DNA of 64,000 bases from Enterovibrio gelatinilyticus. Its GTDB lineage: Bacteria; Pseudomonadota; Gammaproteobacteria; Enterobacterales; Vibrionaceae. The stretch spans positions 1-64,000 of the forward strand of contig NZ_JAJUBC010000028.1 in assembly GCF_028683095.1 (NCBI RefSeq). Reading direction: 5' to 3'. Under the pieces are notes generated by a model, which saw only the letters and a program-made list of their open reading frames with translations, did no database searches and was not told where the DNA came from. The position numbers and the translations under genes are program-made. Positions 58,762 to 64,000 of this stretch are shown here, piece after piece (the stretch's first letter is position 1; every line of letters starts with the position of its first letter).

Positions 58762-60072
58762 TTGACCATGCATATTTCTTCAAACGTGAATCGTTTTCTT
58801 CCCTATTCGTTCGTTCGCGTATTTATCTTGTCACTGTTGGTCACGTCAACAGCACTTCAGCTTTTCAATATGGCCCATACGCAGGGTTTGGTTACTCAAT
58901 TACAAACTAACTTTCATAGCATTTTTGAAACCATTCGCCGCTTTGGTTCTTACTACAACAACTCGTCCGACTTTGTACTTAACAAAGGTGTTCATGAGAA
59001 CGACGGTGTCAGTTTGTTGGTGAGGCAAGACAATATGTCCGTTAAGCATCTCTCCCCCGGGATACTGAAGTTACGCACGCAGTTAGAAGCGCTTGCCCCC
59101 AATAGTATATGGACAGTTGCCGTACTCGAGAACCCGAGCCTATACGCGCACTTTCTCCCTTTGAGACAGCAATACACTGACGCCTTTGAACAATATCGTT
59201 TAAACGATGTAATAGAACGTGTCGTTGTCCGTGAGCAGCTAAATAACACATACCAAGAGTTCTATGAATGCAATGTGCGCTTAAGCGAACCGTATGTTGA
59301 AAAAGTCACTGAACAACCGATCAGAACGGTGTATTACCCCATTCATAATCACCAAGCTTTGGATGCGCTCGTCTCGGTCGATTTAAATGAAAGCTACATT
59401 CAAAACCAGATTGATGCATACAACGATCTGCATTACACCACGCTTAACATTGACGGGAAAAACAATGCGTATACCACAACGGCGTTTTTTCCCTGTTCAA
59501 ATGCAATCACATTTAGTGTCGGGTTTTCTTTCACCGACATCATCATGAAAGCTCTGTGGCCTTCATTGCTGCTAGCGGTGTTGTATCAACTTGGTTCACA
59601 TGTATTGCGGAAACAAGGACGCTCAATCAAAACCGACGAAATGACCAACCTTTATCGTCGCGATTACTACGAGCCGAAACTAAAGCGCATGACCAGTTTT
59701 TCATTGCTGGTTCTCGATATTGACCATTTTAAGCAAATTAACGATCAACATGGACATGCCAAAGGCGATGAAGTACTGGCGAAATGTGCTCGAATCATCT
59801 CGTCTCAAATACGTACTGGCGATGCCGCCATACGTTGGGGAGGGGAAGAATTCATTATTGTTTTCAAAAATATGCATCAAGGCATCTTAGTCGATAAAGC
59901 GGAGCAAATTCGCCTAGCTATTGCCAACGAAAAAATAGCGGGGCTGGATGTCACCGTGTCCATTGGTGGATTAACCACACATCAGACAACGTTTGTGGAC
60001 GCCTATAAAATCGCTGATACCGCGCTATATGAATCTAAACATCGTGGCCGAAACCGAGTGACCATACTGTGA
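58762..60072 (+). CDS. Diguanylate cyclase (GGDEF) with N-terminal periplasmic sensor domain
   Basis: The C-terminus carries RRDYYE…LLVLDIDHFKQINDQHGHAKGD…GGEEFIIVF, which is the A-site GGEEF and I-site RxxD context. Confidence 0.85.
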   Translation: MTMHISSNVNRFLPYSFVRVFILSLLVTSTALQLFNMAHTQGLVTQLQTNFHSIFETIRRFGSYYNNSSDFVLNKGVHENDGVSLLVRQDNMSVKHLSPGILKLRTQLEALAPNSIWTVAVLENPSLYAHFLPLRQQYTDAFEQYRLNDVIERVVVREQLNNTYQEFYECNVRLSEPYVEKVTEQPIRTVYYPIHNHQALDALVSVDLNESYIQNQIDAYNDLHYTTLNIDGKNNAYTTTAFFPCSNAITFSVGFSFTDIIMKALWPSLLLAVLYQLGSHVLRKQGRSIKTDEMTNLYRRDYYEPKLKRMTSFSLLVLDIDHFKQINDQHGHAKGDEVLAKCARIISSQIRTGDAAIRWGGEEFIIVFKNMHQGILVDKAEQIRLAIANEKIAGLDVTVSIGGLTTHQTTFVDAYKIADTALYESKHRGRNRVTIL

Positions 60073-62141
60073 AATATTATCTTCAAGTGTCAGAGCGTTC
60101 TCACGCAGACTACGCCAAGCATGTTTTGCTTTCATTTGTATTGGTTTTGCTCAGCACCAAAGTATCGTGGTTTGCGAGAGAAGAGATCACAAACAACTTA
60201 TTGCTTTCTGTCACCACAGGAGCCATGGTTGCCGTCACTTGCATTTATGGACGAAGCGGTGTGTTAGGTGCCTTTTTGGCGCTGATGTCATACTACCTGT
60301 TCAATCCCATTCCAAGTGGCATTGGGCTGCTCTATACCTTAGTGGTGACGGCGGCACTATCTGCATCGGTATGTGTTTTCGAAAAATATCGACACCATTA
60401 TTATGCTAACCGTGTCGCGTTTTGCTATTACGTTTTCTTCACGCCGGGGTTAGGCGCATTATCACTAGCCCTATTTGCACCTGACGCTTTTTCTCTTGAA
60501 GCCGCACTCAATTTGTACCTCACCGATTCCATTGGTGTACTGATTACTGCACCCATTATCGTGCTAGCGCTTCACTGCTTCTATCATCCCAATTCTATTC
60601 GCACATTTACGCGTTCATTCATTGATGTATCGGTCTCTGAATGGATCTACAAAATGTTGGTGATTGGCAGTATTTTGTTGGTGCTTAATGTTGAAAGTAA
60701 CATTGCTAACCAAAGCTACCTGACATACTTGCTACTCGCCCCTCTTGTGATTCTCGCTGTGTTTAATTTTTCGGAATTAGCACTCGTCGTACTGATGATC
60801 ATTGGGTATAGCTTTCTATTCCAAACCAATGACCCCAGTGATCTCACTGCGCTAAATTCTAAATTGGCTGTTTTCTCCATGTTTTGTGTGATCATCTACA
60901 TCATGCTGGAATACAAATTGACGTTACGACGGCAGATAGAGAAAAACACCAAAAACCTCTACACCGACGCACAAAGTCACTTTGGTACGTTCCAAAAACT
61001 CAACGCATTAACCCTAGAGATGAATGACTTTCTCGTGTGCGCACTAGATCTGAGGCCTGCGTTTAAATACCCGCTAGAAAAGCGAGACGCGATATTGCGT
61101 CAAATCGCGTATTTCTTTAAACACAACACCGCCGTATACGACTTGAGTTTCATGCTTTATGACGTTTCCTCGTTGGTTTTTATCGTCGAAAACACGCCCA
61201 GTTCGGTGGAACAATTAGAAAGTATCCCGGAGCACTTGGATCAATACCTACAGCGTCGAAGCATCAATTACCGACCCGATCGAATTTACTATTGTCGATG
61301 CCAAAAAGGCATTCGCATAAAGCCAGCAGTCAACCGGCTTAACGTGAACATGCGCTTAGCGGATAAGCACATGGGTGCCACTGTGATTAACTGCGACGAA
61401 ACAGCAATGGATGATTACATCACCCTGCTGGACGAGCTTAGTTTTGATAACATTAGTCTGCTTAAGCAAAGCTATCTGAACCTAGCACACCCCGATAAGC
61501 AGAGTTTTGAGCTACTCAGCCAATTCTCTATGGATGGAAAAATACTCAACACCGGAGCGGTTTTTCAGTGTGCACAACGATTAGGCTACCTCGATACGCT
61601 CGAAAACATGCTGCTGTATAAACAACTTACGTACCTTGGCTCGTTAGATGAAAGCAGCTATGACACGGGTTCCATTAACCTAACGCCAGAGTTCCTATGC
61701 GACACACGAGCAGTGGATGCACTGGTGCTATGGGCTAAGCAACATACAATCAACACCCAAAAAGTCGTTATTGAAATTGTCGAATCTGGCGAGATTGAAA
61801 GTCAAAATCTACTTTTTGATAATCTCAACACCCTTAAAAACAATGGTTTCAAACTAGCACTTGATGATTTTGGCGCGGGGCATGCTTCGTATAACCAACT
61901 ACTCACTATGCCTGTAGATTCGGTAAAAATTGATGGTTCCTTGGTACGAAATTGCATTAATGACCCAATAAAATGCAAAATCATCGAGAACCTCAAATCA
62001 GTGGCGGATACTTTGAAAATCAAGGTTGTCGCAGAGTGTGTAGAAACAGACGAAGAAGCATCCTATTTGAAGGGGTTGGGAATCGACTATTTACAAGGCT
62101 ACTTGTTCCATAGGCCCACGGCAGTGGAATGGCTTCAATAA
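60069..62141 (+). CDS. Membrane-anchored EAL-domain c-di-GMP phosphodiesterase
   Basis: ~10 N-terminal TM helices. The C-terminal EAL has …EIVESGEI…, …LALDDFGAGHASYNQL… and …KIDGSLV… The GTG start overlaps the GGDEF stop (GTGA). Confidence 0.8.
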   Translation: MKYYLQVSERSHADYAKHVLLSFVLVLLSTKVSWFAREEITNNLLLSVTTGAMVAVTCIYGRSGVLGAFLALMSYYLFNPIPSGIGLLYTLVVTAALSASVCVFEKYRHHYYANRVAFCYYVFFTPGLGALSLALFAPDAFSLEAALNLYLTDSIGVLITAPIIVLALHCFYHPNSIRTFTRSFIDVSVSEWIYKMLVIGSILLVLNVESNIANQSYLTYLLLAPLVILAVFNFSELALVVLMIIGYSFLFQTNDPSDLTALNSKLAVFSMFCVIIYIMLEYKLTLRRQIEKNTKNLYTDAQSHFGTFQKLNALTLEMNDFLVCALDLRPAFKYPLEKRDAILRQIAYFFKHNTAVYDLSFMLYDVSSLVFIVENTPSSVEQLESIPEHLDQYLQRRSINYRPDRIYYCRCQKGIRIKPAVNRLNVNMRLADKHMGATVINCDETAMDDYITLLDELSFDNISLLKQSYLNLAHPDKQSFELLSQFSMDGKILNTGAVFQCAQRLGYLDTLENMLLYKQLTYLGSLDESSYDTGSINLTPEFLCDTRAVDALVLWAKQHTINTQKVVIEIVESGEIESQNLLFDNLNTLKNNGFKLALDDFGAGHASYNQLLTMPVDSVKIDGSLVRNCINDPIKCKIIENLKSVADTLKIKVVAECVETDEEASYLKGLGIDYLQGYLFHRPTAVEWLQ

Positions 62142-62175
62142 AAAGCAGTGGCAAATCCACTCATAAAGACAAAAT

Positions 62176-62205
62176 AAAATAGCACCCTTCAAGGTGCTAT
62201 ATTAT
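62176..62205. terminator. Bidirectional terminator between the EAL gene and the cytochrome c' gene
   Basis: tagcacc-cttcaa-ggtgcta hairpin flanked by A-rich and T-rich tracts. Confidence 0.65.
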
Positions 62206-62222
62206 TGAGTATCGAAACTCTA

Positions 62223-62678
62223 TTAGCGCTTCACACGAAATCCACGGTGGCAGCTTTTACAGCTACGATCTGCAGCTTTGAATGCTTTGGTCAGCGCCTT
62301 TGCATCTTGCGCTTCTGCTGCTGACGCCATATCAACAAACTGGCTGTCTAACTTAGATAAGTCTTTCTCAAATTTGTCCCACTTTGTCCAAACCGTGCTT
62401 CGGCTGCGGCTGCCCGTATCACTCCCTTCAGGAAACAAAGCAGGAAGCGTCGCTAAGGTTTCACTGTTCTGTATCGCCAGCGCTCGTATTTTCTCCCAAT
62501 CAGAATCACGACCATCTTCTAGCTTCTTCATGGTTTTTACGTTATCTGCAAATGATAAAAAGCCTTTTTGACGTTCATCGATTTGCTGAGTGAAATCGCC
62601 AGCCGTTGCGCTTGCAGCCATTAGAAAGCCTGCAGATAGCATCGAAAGCCACACCTTCGACACGCTTAGTTTTCGCAT
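62223..62678 (-). CDS. Cytochrome c' (class II c-type cytochrome, four-helix bundle)
   Basis: Signal peptide. C-terminal haem-binding CKSCHR (CxxCH), ~10 residues from the end, is the cytochrome c' hallmark. Confidence 0.75.
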   Translation of the reverse strand: MRKLSVSKVWLSMLSAGFLMAASATAGDFTQQIDERQKGFLSFADNVKTMKKLEDGRDSDWEKIRALAIQNSETLATLPALFPEGSDTGSRSRSTVWTKWDKFEKDLSKLDSQFVDMASAAEAQDAKALTKAFKAADRSCKSCHRGFRVKR

Positions 62679-62889
62679 TTATTACATCCTTCATTTATTG
62701 TAACAATTTGTTTTAATTGCCGATTAGAGATCTTCCTAGTAATCTCAAAGCGCTTTTTTCATCAAGAGAATGGCATCGAAAATTCGAACTACACGCGCCT
62801 TGGCTGACCTATAGCGCCGTTTGCTGCCCTTTCTTGCTGTGCAAAAAAGGTAAAATCCATTGATACGATATAATAACCGGATATAAAAC

Positions 62890-63513
62890 ATGAAGATATG
62901 GGATCTGCCAACCCGTCTTTACCACTGGCTACAAGCGTTACTGTTCACTTGCCTAGCTCTGAGTGGCTTCTTCGCCATAGGTCCGCATGAACGATTTGGG
63001 CTCGCACTGGCAACTCTGCTTACATGGCGGGTTATTTGGGGGTTTATTGGTAGTGAAACCAGTCGATTTCGTCAGTTCCTGCGCTCACCAAAAACCATTG
63101 TTCGATACATCAAAAACGAACAAACACACAATGGCATCGGGCATAACCCTGCTGGAGGTTGGATGGTAATTGTCATGTTGACACTGCTGATTGCACAATG
63201 TTTTGTCGGCATGTCGATGGGCGGATATTTTGATGCTTACCTGCACGACGACAGTATCTTGTATGACATGGACTTACTGATCGCTACGCACCTCTATCTC
63301 GCCTACATTTTGCTTGGTTTTGTTGCCCTGCATCTTTGCGCTATTGTTATTTACAACCTCCGAGGGAAGCCGCTAGTCAAAGCCATGATCACGGGAACGC
63401 AAACAACCATTGTGAACCATTTCAATGTCTCTTTTCGTTCCAACATTCGCGCGGGGGTTTTACTCGCAAGTATCGCAGGGTTGGTCGGGTTATTTCTGAA
63501 TATCAGCACCTGA
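62890..63513 (+). CDS. Cytochrome b561 family protein (Ni/Fe-hydrogenase b-type cytochrome-like)
   Basis: …RLYHWLQALLF… with conserved His residues in four TM helices (PF01292-like). Transcribed divergently from cytochrome c'. Confidence 0.7.
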   Translation: MKIWDLPTRLYHWLQALLFTCLALSGFFAIGPHERFGLALATLLTWRVIWGFIGSETSRFRQFLRSPKTIVRYIKNEQTHNGIGHNPAGGWMVIVMLTLLIAQCFVGMSMGGYFDAYLHDDSILYDMDLLIATHLYLAYILLGFVALHLCAIVIYNLRGKPLVKAMITGTQTTIVNHFNVSFRSNIRAGVLLASIAGLVGLFLNIST

Positions 63514-63752
63514 ATTCGAACGTTATTAACCAATTACAGCTAAACAACCTGAAGATCTAGGATTCAGTTTGATTGGGTATAGATGCCACCACTTTCGCGG
63601 AAATTGGTCTCTTTCATGGGAAATCGAGTAAGAACATTGAATAACGCCTATCCAAGGTTGGAAACACAATGAGATAGCCTGCTAAACTTTCAATTCAAGC
63701 ACTCTGCTGGTGTTTGGATATATCGCGTCAATCTCACTCAAAAGGAGTTGGT

Positions 63753-63995
63753 ATGTTAGGTGAAAAACACTCATTGTTAGACGATTTCCCTGAGCTAGAA
63801 AATCGTATAAACGCACTTATCGAAGCAGACTCAACATTTGCCGCTGACAATAAAAAATACAACGCCTTAGACAAAGAAATTAGAACGCTAGAGTTGAATA
63901 ACGGTCCGATTGGAGACGATGCAATGCATCAACTCAAACATCAACGATCAGTGATGAAAGACTCCCTTTACCAACGAATTGCCGCCGGCGAATAG
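63753..63995 (+). CDS. DUF465 (YdcH-like) family protein
   Basis: MLGEKHSLLDDFPELENRINALIEADSTFA…LDKEIRTLE matches the DUF465 pattern. AAGGAG SD before ATG 63753. The ORF track starts at 63714. Confidence 0.6.
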   Translation: MLGEKHSLLDDFPELENRINALIEADSTFAADNKKYNALDKEIRTLELNNGPIGDDAMHQLKHQRSVMKDSLYQRIAAGE

Positions 63996-64000
63996 TTCTC

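Overview
This window looks like a Vibrio-type chromosomal segment, judged from E. coli/Vibrio housekeeping gene order. The conserved backbone runs: two small outer-membrane beta-barrel genes, ppaC, tRNA-Ser(GGA), a UPF0149 gene, dbpA, a DUF336 gene divergent from a two-component pair, a BASS transporter, nadA, the full tol-pal cluster (cpoB-pal-tolB-tolA-tolR-tolQ-ybgC), ybgE-cydX-cydB-cydA, ruvB-ruvA with an SOS box, ruvC-yebC, aspS, yecE, cmoA-cmoB, a GGDEF/EAL pair and cytochrome c'/b561. Several accessory blocks interrupt this backbone.

(1) A ~10.2 kb cassette lies between two identical 88-nt tRNA-Ser(GGA) genes. It carries an apparently five-gene minus-strand operon: a YqiJ/NfeD-like membrane protein, a YqiK-like flotillin (SPFH), a 1626-aa protein with a long coiled coil and a C-terminal MoxR-like AAA+ ATPase, a single-HKD PLD/Nuc-like nuclease and a TelA-like protein. 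This is the best candidate for an undescribed membrane-associated stress or defence system.

(2) An ~11.5 kb insertion between yecE and cmoA holds two operons. One is TetR-MMPL exporter-LolA-like lipoprotein-OM barrel, with four TGACG-N3-CGTCA operator-like palindromes. The other is a small biosynthetic operon of unknown function: NodB deacetylase, FkbH-like HAD-IIIC loader, ACP, hotdog dehydratase, SDR reductase and a hypothetical protein.

(3) A 4.5 kb insertion splits ruvA from ruvC. (4) A retropepsin / 7TM-transglutaminase / ATP-grasp triad is present. (5) A perfect (TACTGGG)x8 heptamer repeat sits between yecE and the OM barrel gene. (6) A secreted DUF336 protein is transcribed divergently from a sensor kinase/response regulator pair, resembling HbpS-SenS-SenR. 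No integrase, transposase, CRISPR array or rRNA was seen.
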